NCBI RefSeq assembly: GCF_001194135.2
Contig: NC_069008.1
Location: 12,751,279 to 12,815,278 of the forward strand
DNA length: 64,000 bases
Origin: Octopus bimaculoides
Lineage: Eukaryota
Reading direction: 5' to 3'
Below the pieces are notes generated by a model that was not told where the DNA came from, ran no database searches, and saw only the letters and a program-made list of their open reading frames with translations. Position numbers and translations under genes: made by a program. Below, one piece after another: positions 11,742 through 23,317 of the stretch. The number at the start of each line of letters is the position of its first letter. Position 1 is the stretch's first letter.

Positions 11742-12834
11742 TATATACTTTTANNNNNNNNNNNNNNNNNNNNNNNNNNNNNNNNNNNNNNNNNNNNNNN
11801 NNNNNNNNNNNNNNNNNNNNNNNNNNNNNNNNNNNNNNNNNNNNNNNNNNNNNNNNNNNNNNNNNNNNNNNNNNNNNNNNNNNNNNNNNNNNNNNNNNNN
11901 NNNNNNNNNNNNNNNNNNNNNNNAGAAACAACCACAATAAGCCAAACCTATGCACATTTCAATAGGGTATCCCGGATAAATAAACCACATCATAAGATGT
12001 CTCGTAAAATATTGTAACAAATTACAACATATTACAAATTTCTGGATACTCCATCTCATCAGGGTCGCATTATTGCCATCACCAATACTACTATTATTAG
12101 CAAAACACACACATCATCCAAGAGGGTGAAAGAAATGTGCATAGGTTTGGCTTATTGTGGTTGTTTCTGTTATTATAATTGTTGCTGCAATAAAGTATCT
12201 TCAATGCATTGATTTTGAGCTCTATCCTTTAAGAGACATGTATACATATATATATATACATACATACATACTAGCTGGAAAATGCAATTCCATGAGTGAT
12301 AATATTCCTAATTAATTGAAAAAGTGGAAGCTTAAAACTTTTGTAGCCGAAGTTGGAATTGAAATAAAAATATACATTGCTTTTAGTTTCCTTCAAATGT
12401 GAAAGTATACCTCTTGTTTAGGTTCTAACCCTCCCAAAGAAAGAAATGCTATATGGGAGTGTCATATATTTATTCCTTATAAAATAAAATGTGGTGGATG
12501 ATGGGAGAGTGGTGGGAGTGAAGTACTCTTATATGATTGAGATGTAGTCTGTCTTAAAAAAATTTAGAAATTTTAGCTACTTCTCATGTTTCTCCAAATA
12601 TAGCTAAGTGGGTGCAGTGGTAAAGACAGACACAAGCGTGTATGTACACATGACAAGCTTCTGCACAGTTGCCATCTACCAATTCCACTCAGAAGGAATT
12701 AGTCAGCCTGCTGCTTTAGTTGAAAATACTTGCCCAAAATGATGATGATGATATTTCTTCTTAAATTTCAGTGTTCCAAATCTGGTGCTAGGTAGTTTTG
12801 TTTTATTATTTTAATTAGTAATTATTTGTTGCTT

Positions 12835-12960
12835 AGCTGTCAAGTATTGTTAGCATCTGACAAAACACTTCACAGTTCTGAGTTTAAATTCTGCCAACCT
12901 CAACTTTGCCTTTCATCCTTTTGGGTTTGATAAAATTATGTTCTGGTCAAGTACTGGGGT
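12835..12960 (+). mobile_element. CORE-domain SINE, degraded (others 37880-38030+, 45135-45300+)
   Basis: ttctgagttcaaattc..actttgcctttcatccttttgggg..ataaaataagtacc; matches 22341-22510. Confidence 0.7.
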
Positions 12961-13194
12961 CTTTACCCCATAAAATTGCTCACCTTGTGCTAGAAATTTG
13001 AACATTATTTGTATTGATAAATTTTTATTGTTTGGTTAAAAAATAAAATGAATAAATCATTCTTAGCCGAACAATGAAAAACAATATATCATGTGACAAT
13101 AGGAAATCTGTTTTCTACCTTAATTTAGTGATATTAGCAGAGAAACAAACAAGCCATAATTCTAACGCTTCATGAAAACACCTCTATGACTCAT

Positions 13195-13390
13195 CAATAG
13201 ATTGCAAACTATGTAGAAATGAACGAAAGCAGTGTTACACAAATTATTATTCAGTACAAAAGCACAGGAAGTGCAAACACTTGATAATAAAATTACGGTG
13301 GTCACAGTTGGGCATTTGATGAACATAGCTTTCATTATGTGAGGTGAATTTCAATCAAAAGACCTCAAAATACTTCAAGCGATGTTAAAT
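13195..13390 (+). mobile_element. Tc1-like transposase N-terminal (HTH) remnant
   Basis: IANYVEMNESSVTQIIIQYKSTGSANT resembles Tc1 IA..L...STV..II.RYK.TGS; multiple stops. Confidence 0.4.
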
Positions 13391-14250
13391 CCAACATGGA
13401 CCAAAAGGTTTCTACACCTGGATGCCCTGCCTCATGTCAACCACTACAAGAGTGTAGTGGGTGCCTTTTAACATGTCATTGGTATGGATGCTTTTATGTC
13501 ACCGAAACCAGCTACAACTATGACTTCACTTGATGAGTCTTCTCAAGCATAGCATATTGCCAAAGGTCTCGATCACTTGTCATCGCTTCCATGAGAGTCA
13601 GCTTTCGAAGATCGAACTTCAACACCTTGTCCCATGTCTTGCTGGGTCTACCTCTTCCACAGTCAGAGATTGGCACTTCTTTACACATCTACCCTCATCC
13701 AATTGCATCATATGACCATACCAGTACAGTTGTTTCTCTTGCAACATCTGATGCCTCTTATGCCAAGTTTTTCTCTCAAAATACTTACACTCTGTTGTAC
13801 ATGCACACTGACATTGGACATTCAGCAAAGCATACTAGCTTCATTTCTTTCAAGCTTTTGCATGTCCTCTGTGGTCACAGCTCATGTTTCACTGCCAAGT
13901 ATTATGACAGTTTGCACACAGGCATCATACAATCTACCTTTCACTCTGAGGGTGAGGTCCTATATTACCAACAAAGGTAGAAGCTTTCTGAACTTTGCCC
14001 AACCTATTCTTATTTTAGCAGTTATGCTCTCAGAGCATCCATCTGTTGCTGATTTGGTCACTTAGATAATGGAAGTTATTAACTACTTCTAGGTATCCCC
14101 ACTAGCATTTGATGGAGTTTATTTTCTGTACATTTCTAGTGTTTTTTGCACCTGCACATCTGCCACACACAAAGATTATTTTCCCTGTTAACCTTCCCCT
14201 GATAATGCTGCACCTCTTATGTGTCCTCATATTTGAAATAAAAATAATAC
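13390..14250 (-). mobile_element. Decayed RTE LINE 3' portion incl. Cys/His motif and RT C-terminus
   Basis: HKRCSIIRGRLTGKIIFVCGRC, LEVVNNFHYLSDQIS, IRIGWAKFRKLLPLL, KGRLYDACV, LYWYGHMMQLDEGRCVKKC. Confidence 0.8.
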
Positions 14251-15169
14251 TTTTCACATATAATAATTTGGCAATCCTGTATCTTTTACTTGTTTCAGAC
14301 ATTGAATTGTAGCCATGCTGGATCACAACTCTGGAGGGTTTAAGTTGAAAAAAAATGTACACAGTATATATATGTATTAAGTCTGGTACTTATTCTGTGC
14401 ATCTGCTTTATTGAGACTTTAAGTTACAGAGACAGAGAGAAACCAGCATGCCAGGTGTTGGTGATACAAAGACACATACACAATCTGCTGGGCACACAAG
14501 CCCGATTAACTTCTTTCTCCTTCTGCATATCCTTCCTCTTGATTCCTCCTCCCCTACATAATCTCTACCCCACTTACTCATCCCATAACCATACTTTTAT
14601 TTATTCATTTTTTTTTTTTTTTGTTTCCTCCTGATATAAGCCAAAAAATAAGGTCTGGAAGACGCACAATGTAAGAATACACCTTCGATGCAAGTCTTAT
14701 GAAGTGCCTCTCCAATGCCTAAAATCACAAACATTATGTAAATTTTTGTTTCGAATTTTTGTGTAAATAGGCCTTGCAAATAGAGTTGGTTTAGAAAAAA
14801 TTGTAATGAGCCTTTCTCTTCCTAACATTTCCTCTTCATAAACTACGATTGTTTTCCAATCCCCTTCCTGCTCTCACTGTATTGCTGCTCCCCACCCAGG
14901 TTCTATGCTCAAATCCTTGTTACTTGTGAGTATATCCTTGCACTACATCATCTCTCTTCTACTCTCTTACACCTTTGCTATTTACTACTCTCTCTCTCTC
15001 TCCTTCTCGTTTTTCCTGACTAGGTAACCAAGTATTTTCTTTACATCAACATACTTGTTTCTCTCTCACTGGGTGACCATGTACCTCCTCTATAGCAAGA
15101 CACCTATTTCTCTAGGTTAGACTAACCTTTCATCATCTGATACTGGGCCACCTCCTCTAATGCCGCCTC

Positions 15170-15575
15170 TGTTGTGGCAAGACACTTGCCTTGTCACACT
15201 CTAACCTTTCATCCTCTGACACAAGTTCCCCTCCTCAAATGCCCCTACCCTTCTCATAATTCCTTGACTTGTGAGTTACTTGGCGACCCTGCCAGTGCTG
15301 GTGCCATGTTAAAAGCACCCAGTCCTCACTGTAATGTGGTTGGTGTTTGGAAGAGCATCCAGCTGTAAAAGTCATGCTGAAACTAACCTCACCTGTGCTA
15401 GTGCTACATAAAAAGCACAGAGTCCACTCTGCAGAGTGGCTGGTGTTAGGGAGGGCATCCAGCTGTAAAATCCCTGCCAAAACAGACACAGTAGCATAGG
15501 GTAGTTTTCCTAGCTGGCCGGTTCCTGTCGACCATCCTACCCATGCATGGAAGAGGGACGTTAAATGATGATGAT
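15170..15575 (+). mobile_element. RTE LINE 3' UTR with internal duplication and (GAT)n tail
   Basis: Two copies of gggcatccagctgtaaaa; ends ggacgttaaatgatgatgatg. Confidence 0.75.
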
Positions 15576-15578
15576 GAT

Positions 15579-15634
<56 letters not shown>

Positions 15635-15789
15635 TTTAAGTTCGTTTATAAGAAACGTTTTGAATATTCATATAAAAGCTCCCATGAATGCATGTCCATG
15701 AGCTACACAATGTACATGGAGACTATGGACTACACAGTAATCATCCCAGGAATACAAACTATGATCTTAAAAAACATGAGACTTCTGGA

Positions 15790-16052
15790 AACACATATGG
15801 CAATACATTATTTACAATTGACGGATATTTGTCCTCATCTTGTTTGTAGTTAACACAATGTTTCGGCTGATATACCCTCCAGCCTTTATCAGGTCTCTTG
15901 GGGAAATTTCAAACCTGGGTTCTCATTCTTAAGGTATTTTTTCGATGTTTTTTTTGTTGTTGTTCTTATTATTATTCAGGTTGCTGCTTGGAATCGAACT
16001 CGGAATCTTGGGGTTAGTAGCCCGTGCTCTTAACCACTACGCCATACGTGTC
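15790..16052 (-). mobile_element. tRNA-headed short element carrying a hammerhead-ribozyme-like module (retrozyme/SM-alpha-like)
   Basis: A-box TGGCGTAGTGG (16044-16034), B-box GAGTTCGATTCC (16001-15990), anticodon-like GGG-CTACTAA-CCC; CTGATAA-A-GGCTG-N10-CAGCC-GAAAC (15892-15860). Confidence 0.65.
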
Positions 16053-16185
16053 CATTGCTTGTACTGGATATACTGTATCGAATTTCTACCTACACCTTTC
16101 TAACATATTGAGCAGGTCATTTCCCTGAAGGGATTAGTAACTTGTCTGCTTTCTTACATATTGGGATTTTGGTCTTTGCTTAATT

Positions 16186-16446
16186 CAGGGGTTTTCAAAC
16201 TGTGGTCCACAAGGACAAGACAGGGGTTTGGACAGCAAATACTTTTTATGGGCAATTTGATTTTATATATGCTTTTTAATTGAAATCTTTTAATTGACAA
16301 TAAACCTATTTTGTTAAATAGTTAAATAAATAAATGTAAAAATATGTTATTTTAAGCAAATATTTATGTATAAATTTCATAAGCGTCCCCAAGGTAAAGC
16401 CTGAAATATAAAGGGGTCCGCAAGTCAAAAAGTTTGAAAACCCCTG
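16186..16446. mobile_element. hAT (Charlie-like) MITE
   Basis: 16-bp TIR CAGGGGTTTTCAAACT / AGTTTGAAAACCCCTG; flanking 8-mers GCTTAATT / GTTTAGTT (6/8). Confidence 0.8.
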
Positions 16447-16831
16447 GTTTAGTTAACTCTAAAGGTCCCTTGATTCCAGGCTTTGCTTCTACACCTGAAA
16501 TTTCTTCTTTAATTCCATTCAATGCTATCTATGTTACTGACTTTGGTATCCCTGACAGCATCATTGGATGGTTCTCACCAATCATTCATCTACCCCAAGA
16601 TTCTACAGCAACTGCCAGATACCAGACAGAAGTTAGCTGTCGAGTAATTTCTCCATGCTGACATATATACAATAACAAACACAAAAGATCTACAAAAAAA
16701 AAAATAGCTGAGTAAACAATACCATGAATTTGGATCATAAAAATGAATAAATTTATATAAAATACCATACAAGAGAACTTCATCATTTATTGAAACTGTC
16801 GACAACCTGAATTTTCATACTGATAGAGTTA

Positions 16832-17944
16832 CTATAGTATATGAATAGCTACATGTTTTGTTAAGTGAATCCTTTGAGGAAATGATTTGCCACAGATATA
16901 ACATTGGTATGGTTTCTCTCCTGTATGAATACGCACATGTGTAGTTAAATGGCTTGTTTTAGAGAAAGCTTTGTCACAGATATCACACTTGTATGGCTTT
17001 TCTCCTGTATGAATACGTATGTGTGTAGATAATTGGCTTGTTTTAGAGAATGCTTTACCACAGATATTACAGTGAAATGGCTTCTCCCCTGTATGACTTC
17101 GTTTATGTTCAGTTAAGCGATCGTTTCGAGAGAAAGATTTACCACAGATACCACAATGATATGGCCTCTCTCCCGTGTGAATATGTTTGTGTTTAGTTAA
17201 ATCACCACTCTGAGAGAATGATTTCCCACAGATGTCACAGTGATATGGTTTCTCTCCTGTGTGAATACGTTTGTGTATAGCCATGTTATTTCCCAGAGAG
17301 AATGATTTACCACAGATATCACAGTGATATGGCTTCTCTCCTGTGTGAATATGTTTATGTACAACTAAATGATCATTTCGAGAAAATGATTTACCACATA
17401 TATCACAGTGATATTGTTTCTCACCAGTGTGAATATACTTGTGTTTAGTTAAATCACCACTTTGAGAGAATGATTTACTACAAATATCACAATGATATGG
17501 CTTCTCTCCTGTATGAATATGTTTGTGTTTAGTTAAATCACTGCTTCCAGAGAATGCTTTACCACAGATATCACAATGATATGGTTTCTCTCCTGTATGA
17601 ATACGTTTGTGTTTAGTTAAGGTACCTCTCACAGCGAATGAATTACCACAGATATCACAGTGATATGGCTTCTCTCCAGTATGAATACGTTTGTGATTAG
17701 TTAGGACACTACTTACTGAGAAAGATTTACCACAGATATCACAATGATATGGTTTCTCTCCTGTATGAATACGCTTATGTGTTGTCAAGTTAGAATTTTC
17801 AGAGAACGATTTACCACAAATATCACATTGATGTGGTTTCTCTCCTGCATGAATACGTTTGTGTGATGTTAAGCGACCAGCTTCTGAGAATAATTTTCCA
17901 CAAATATCACAGTGGTATGATGTTTTCCCTTTCTCTTTATTCAT
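16832..17944 (-). CDS. ZNF2: tandem C2H2 zinc-finger protein, 370 aa, 13 fingers (family A)
   Basis: Intact [20 protein letters not shown]...QRIHLTKHVAIHIL; acceptor at 18297, donor at 19656; AATAAA at 16791-16786. Confidence 0.94.
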   Translation of the reverse strand: MNKEKGKTSYHCDICGKLFSEAGRLTSHKRIHAGEKPHQCDICGKSFSENSNLTTHKRIHTGEKPYHCDICGKSFSVSSVLTNHKRIHTGEKPYHCDICGNSFAVRGTLTKHKRIHTGEKPYHCDICGKAFSGSSDLTKHKHIHTGEKPYHCDICSKSFSQSGDLTKHKYIHTGEKQYHCDICGKSFSRNDHLVVHKHIHTGEKPYHCDICGKSFSLGNNMAIHKRIHTGEKPYHCDICGKSFSQSGDLTKHKHIHTGERPYHCGICGKSFSRNDRLTEHKRSHTGEKPFHCNICGKAFSKTSQLSTHIRIHTGEKPYKCDICDKAFSKTSHLTTHVRIHTGEKPYQCYICGKSFPQRIHLTKHVAIHIL

Positions 17945-18767
17945 ATCACCAGGAAACTTTTTTTTTTTTTACCACAACATTGAAATATTTATCTTCTTTT
18001 AATTAATGTATTTTATTCCTGATAAGTATTTTTACCACTGTAATTTTTGTCAACAACTGGATTGAGTTGTAAACTCCATGTTATATTTGTATATGTGCAA
18101 ATTTAATTCAAATGTAAAATCTTGCTCACATTCCAGTCAGGAGAGAACAGAATTTTTGTTATAAATCTCAGTTCAGAGAAAATATTTGCATGTAATTTTC
18201 CACAAAGGTATATCTATTCAGCGCAACATTTTCTTTGTATCATTAAAAGATAAATATTGATGATGTATATAATTGTTTGGTACCAATGTCATTATTCTGA
18301 AAGAGTAGAGAAACAACAGTATAAGATACAGGGAAGACTTAAAATACAACAGAATAAATTTTAGTATATTTCTTATAGAAACAAGCTGTAGAAATAAACA
18401 TTTACCTGGACAATAGAACTGTTTTCCCTTATTTTCAAGATGTATATACCTGATCTGAATGTTTTTATGTAAACTATTTTCTGACTCATCACAGAGGATA
18501 CACAAAACCTCAAACTTTTCTTATCATTATCAAAGACTATCACTTGATTTGAATACGTTTATCTAGACTAATTTTTGACACCACAGAGGATAGACAAAGC
18601 CTTTTTTAAATCAGTGAAACCAGTTAAGTTAATGATTACTTCTAAAAAAAACTCCTGCATTTTCAGATTCTATTCTTTATATTTTAACTCGTGTGATAAC
18701 CCCCCAATTGTGTATATTGTGTGTGTATTTGTCTGTCCCCACCCTCACTCCACTGGTTGACAACTGG

Positions 18768-19040
18768 GGCGATCTTACGGTACGAGTCCTAAATATCGGC
18801 CTTTTCAGTAAAAAGTGTCTTCGGCGATCTTTACCAAAGATCGCCCTTTTCCGTAACACCCGCACGATCTTCACTACGGTGTTAGGGTTAGTGTTTAGGG
18901 ACGGAATTCCCAAACCTAAACCCTTCAAAATAAATCGCGCTCTCTGTATGTCTTTCGCTTTTATGACGTCGTTTCCCTGTTTCTCTCCAACCCTTTTTAC
19001 GGAAAAGGCCGATATTTAGGACTCGTACCGTAAGATCGCC
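18768..19040. mobile_element. Young MITE with 48-bp TIRs and 9-bp TSD (Mutator-like), inserted in a SINE within ZNF2 intron
   Basis: TIR GGCGATCTTACGGTACGAGTCCTAAATATCGGCCTTTTC(A/C)GTAAAAAG, 1 mismatch; TSD GACAACTGG at 18759-18767 and 19041-19049. Confidence 0.85.
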
Positions 19041-19656
19041 GACAACTGGTGTGGGGTTGATTGCACCCCTGTAAATTAGCAGTTCGCTGAAAAATAGAAC
19101 GTGCTCGTGACTTAAAAAGTAAATGCGTAGTAGGGTACACTTTAAAGTGTTGCCCCAGCATGGTCACAGTCCATTGACTGAAACAAGTAAAAGATGTGAG
19201 TGCGAGTGTCTGTGTTTCCTCATCCACAGCTCGACAACCGGTGTTGGAATGTTTATATCCCAGTAACATGGGTAGCTCAGCAAAACACACTGATTGATTA
19301 AGAACCATAATTGCTGCAACTGTTTCCAAAAGAGTAGATTACGATTATGAAGGAACTCGATGTGAACAAATTTGGAATGCGGTCGGATAATTCACAGACC
19401 TTTGAAGTGTGTGACTTATCGCTAACATTATTCCTCCGCCCCCTACATCAAATTCCGATAGAATCACAACGTATACCGTCTGAAAAGTATTTGTTGAAGA
19501 TTTTATTTTAAAATACCCTGTTTTCACACGAGTGTAGCAGTTATCAGTTTAATCATTCCTTTTAGACAAAAGTGGTGGAGAATGTTTTACCTCGTAATAT
19601 TAAAGGGTTTCGTATTACCAATGTCCAACTATTTTACTAATATCATTATATCTTAC

Positions 19657-19830
19657 CTGTTATGCGTCATAAATTTGTGTTTATAATGAAATAGCTTTAA
19701 TACACCTTCTTTAATGTCTGCTTCTTGACGCCATTCCACCAAAAGTAAACTTTCACAATAGATTTTATAAAAACCGACTCGGAAACATAAACGACGACAT
19801 GTATTTAGTTTCTGTTTATAAGCTCGTATA
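19657..19830 (-). promoter_or_regulatory. Family-A promoter / non-coding exon 1 of ZNF2
   Basis: CCGAGTCGG (19782-19774), GAATGGCG (19736-19729), donor CAG|GTAAGA at 19657/19656. Confidence 0.65.
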
Positions 19831-20733
19831 AAATTACATATGTATTATTTCTCAAAGTTGTATTTAAAATATACAAACAGTCATTATGAAATGTACTAGA
19901 TTTACGAAAATTTTACTCGAAATTTTAGAAAAAGTGGAATTCTGTAAATCTTTCTGCAATATCCAATAGACTTGGATGGTACAATATAATTTGATACCAT
20001 TAATCTGAATGTTTCTGAAGAATAATAAAGTATCGAGCTAGCTTTAAATGTATTAAAAAGAACAAATGAAGCATCATTCTCACTTTAAATGCATTTCACA
20101 AATGAAGAACGCGATATACCAGGTGACAATGGTGAAATGTTTTAGTACGTTTCGTTTTCTCGATATCGGTGTTTTAAGTTGTGTTGTGAAAAGTTAGTTC
20201 CAGATGAATGGCACCTTGAAATATTTAGATTAGCTATAATAAACATGGATTGAGGATGGGAGATAAAAATAATAAATTTATGGTGAATTACAAAGGAGTA
20301 TTTTAGCTAGCAGTGGGGGAAGTAATAACTGATTTCTTTGATTGATTGTATAATACAACTAGCATTAGATATGTAGCCTTCGCTATTTTTACTGAAGTAT
20401 AAGTGAATAAATGACGATGTAAATCAATACAGAAAATTATACATTTATTAAAGTGGGATAACAAGGATTGCTGAAATATTAAATAATTCATCCATCATCT
20501 GTATGAAAAACAATACGTATATTATTGTTAACGTATCGAATAAGTGAAATATTTAAAAGTTAATAAATAAATTTTACAGTGAGAAAACATATTGTTAAAA
20601 GACTAATATTGTTTTATTTTTCCTCTGCAAATACAGAATACAATTTCAGACATCGTTCAGCCTTACTTTTAATCTGTAATTGCTTACGAGCATCTTCAGG
20701 GAAACAGGAAGGAGTTTGGTTATACAAATAAAG

Positions 20734-21095
20734 TGGAGGCGCAATGGCCCAGTGGTTAGGGCAGCGGACTCGCGGTTTCGATACCCAAACCGGGCGTTGT
20801 GAGTGTTTATTGAGCGAAAACACCTAAAGCTCCACGAGGCCCCGGCAGGGGATGGTGACGAACCCTGCTGTACTCTTCCACCACAACTTTCTCTCACTCT
20901 TACTTCCTGTTTCTGTTGTGCCTGTAATTCAAAGGGCCAGCCTTGTCACGCTGAATATCCCCGAGAACTACGTTAAGGGTACACGTGTCTGTGGAGTGCT
21001 CAGCCACTTGCACGTTAATTTCACGAGCAGGCTGTTCCGTTGATCGGATCAACAGGAACCCTCGACGTCGTAAGCGACGGAGTGCCAACATCAAC
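20734..21095 (+). mobile_element. Full-length tRNA-derived SINE with 12-bp TSD
   Basis: Head ggcgcaatggcccagtggttagggcagcgg; TSD ATACAAATAAAG at 20722-20733 and 21096-21107; CpGs intact. Confidence 0.85.
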
Positions 21096-22340
21096 ATACA
21101 AATAAAGATATGTTAAAACAACCTCTCTAATACTACTTTGATAACAGTATGTCTTCCGTAATGGAAAAAGTTGTCAAGAACTCCCTCGTTTATCATCCGC
21201 AGTGTGTATCCTTTCTCTGTGACCATTACTACAGTTTTGTTGAATCGGATCTACCAGAGAATTACACTCAAACGTCATATACTTGTCTCCCGTCATTCTA
21301 CCAAGTCTGGACTGAGAACTCCTTAGTCAAGACATTGAGTTTTATAACGGGGAAAGTTAAAAGATCTGTATACTCATATCTCATTAAGTGTAAGTCCAGT
21401 TGGCTTAGAGATTATTTCCTTCATGACAATATGAGCACGTCATTTGAATTGTAAAATAAAATATCAGCTTTAAATCAAAAACGTCTGGTTATTACGGTCA
21501 GTTATATCTTTGTGTGGTATCTTTTACAAGTAACTTGGTCGCTGACAGCTACGTTTCTTGGTTGTGGGCATAACTGACATTTTAAACTACATTAAACATG
21601 GAGTTGTACTTTAAAAAGTGAATGTCCCCGATTGTTTTTTGTGCATGTTCATCTACAGATTCTCTCTCTCTCTTCGGAAATCAAAGAGAAAGAGGATAAC
21701 TATGGACAACAACTTTGAAACCTTCTGCTTCTATACCCAACAGTAATAGGTCTTTCAACTTTTTCCATCACATTCTTATAATAGTGTACATTTTCAGAAC
21801 GTGCTCCTCCACTACTATAATTTAAGTCACCTAGATAACAGAAACTATCTGCTACCTCGAAAAATCTACTTAGCGTGTACCCTCTGTGTTTATAGCTCCA
21901 CCCTATCTTTCAGAAACACTCATTTTTCTGGTAGCCTTCCTGCTTATTCCACAGCACCTTGTGTGCCCATTCGCTGCTCTGGATACACTGTATGCAGCGT
22001 TGGATTAACTATTAAGCAAAATAAGCACGTGCTTAGGGTATCAAGAGAAGGGGAAAGCGCCTTAGAAATGGTAAATGGTTTACGGCACAAAAGAAATCAC
22101 TTTAAACTTATTGAAATATTCGGTATGCTTTTATCTCTACGAAGTGTAAATGCAGATGTGTTGCCCGCAAAGAACGCAATAGATAGATATCACGTGCCAA
22201 GGGAGCTGGAGAACTCGCGCTTAATCGGGAAAATTTTCCTTGTAGTGTCATTCATGCACTGCTGAGGTACGATACATGACAATGTTAGCCGTGGAGAATA
22301 GAATATCCTCCCTACTGAAGGCACCACCCTGAAAGGGAGG

Positions 22341-22510
22341 GGACTAGTCGATTACATCGAACCCAATGTTTCACTGGTACTGAAATTATCGACCCCAAAA
22401 GGATGAAAGGCAAAGTCGACCTCGGCGGAATTTGAACTCAGAACGCAGCCACGGGCGAAATACCACAAAGCATTTTGCTCGGTATGCTAACGATTCTGCC
22501 AGCTCGCCGC
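22341..22510 (-). mobile_element. Young CORE-SINE (tRNA head + CORE domain)
   Basis: ggcggcgagctggcagaatcgttagc..gagttcaaattccgccgaggtcgactttgcctttcatccttttggggtcgataa..gtaccag. Confidence 0.8.
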
Positions 22511-23169
22511 TTGATAATAGAATTGATATGGGCGGAGCGTGAGCTACACTACCCAATTTTCTATATTGATTTACATCATGATTCATTCAACACTACAGTA
22601 AATATAGTGAAGGCTACATAACATATAATCAATTAATGAAATCAGTTATTACTGTCTCACTGCTGGCTAAAATATTTACTTATATTTCTCCGTAAAATTA
22701 TTATTTATGTTTCCCATCCCCAATCTATGCTTGTTGCGGCTAATCTGTACATTTCATGGTGTCGTTCAACTGGAATTAAAATTTCACATCACAGCTTAGA
22801 ACATCGATATGGACGAAAACGAAACGTACTAAAAGCATCTGGACATTGTCACCTCAATATCCTCATTCTTCATCTGTGTAATTACTTTTGAGACACACAT
22901 TTAAAGTAATAGTGATGATTCATTTGTTCTTCGAACACACATGAAGCGATATCGATGCTCCGTTCTTCTTCAGAAACATATTAAGAAACAAGACACCAAA
23001 CAAGATTGTACCTTCAGTCACTGTACTACATCGGTCATATATTGCAAACAGAAAAAAATTATACAATTCCATTGTTTCTGTATTTTTAGTACAATTTTCG
23101 TAAATACAGTACATTCAACAGTGACTCTTTGCGTATATTAAGTAAATTTTTTTAGAAATAATACATATT

Positions 23170-23317
23170 GGCTTTTCCAGGTGCTTATAAAGAGAAGCTA
23201 AGTACATGTCGTTTATGTTTCCGAGTCGGTTTTTATAACTTCTGTTGTGAAAGTTTACTTCAGATTGAATGGCGTCAGGGAACAGGTGTAATTCGAGATA
23301 TTTGTGTAGCATAACAG
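23170..23317 (+). promoter_or_regulatory. Family-A promoter / non-coding exon 1 of ZNF3
   Basis: CCGAGTCGG 23221-23229, GAATGGCG 23267-23274, donor 23317/23318, acceptor TTTCAG at 23865. Confidence 0.65.

Noticed and set aside
18878-18925. TTAGGG-like motifs as telomeric sequence
   Set aside because: Only 2-3 degenerate units, internal to the MITE
20660-20705. CTGAAGA-TGC..GCA on minus strand as a hammerhead
   Set aside because: No GAAA after the putative stem II
21801-22265. 154-aa ORF in the inter-promoter spacer
   Set aside because: GTG start, no recognisable motif, no splice context or paralog
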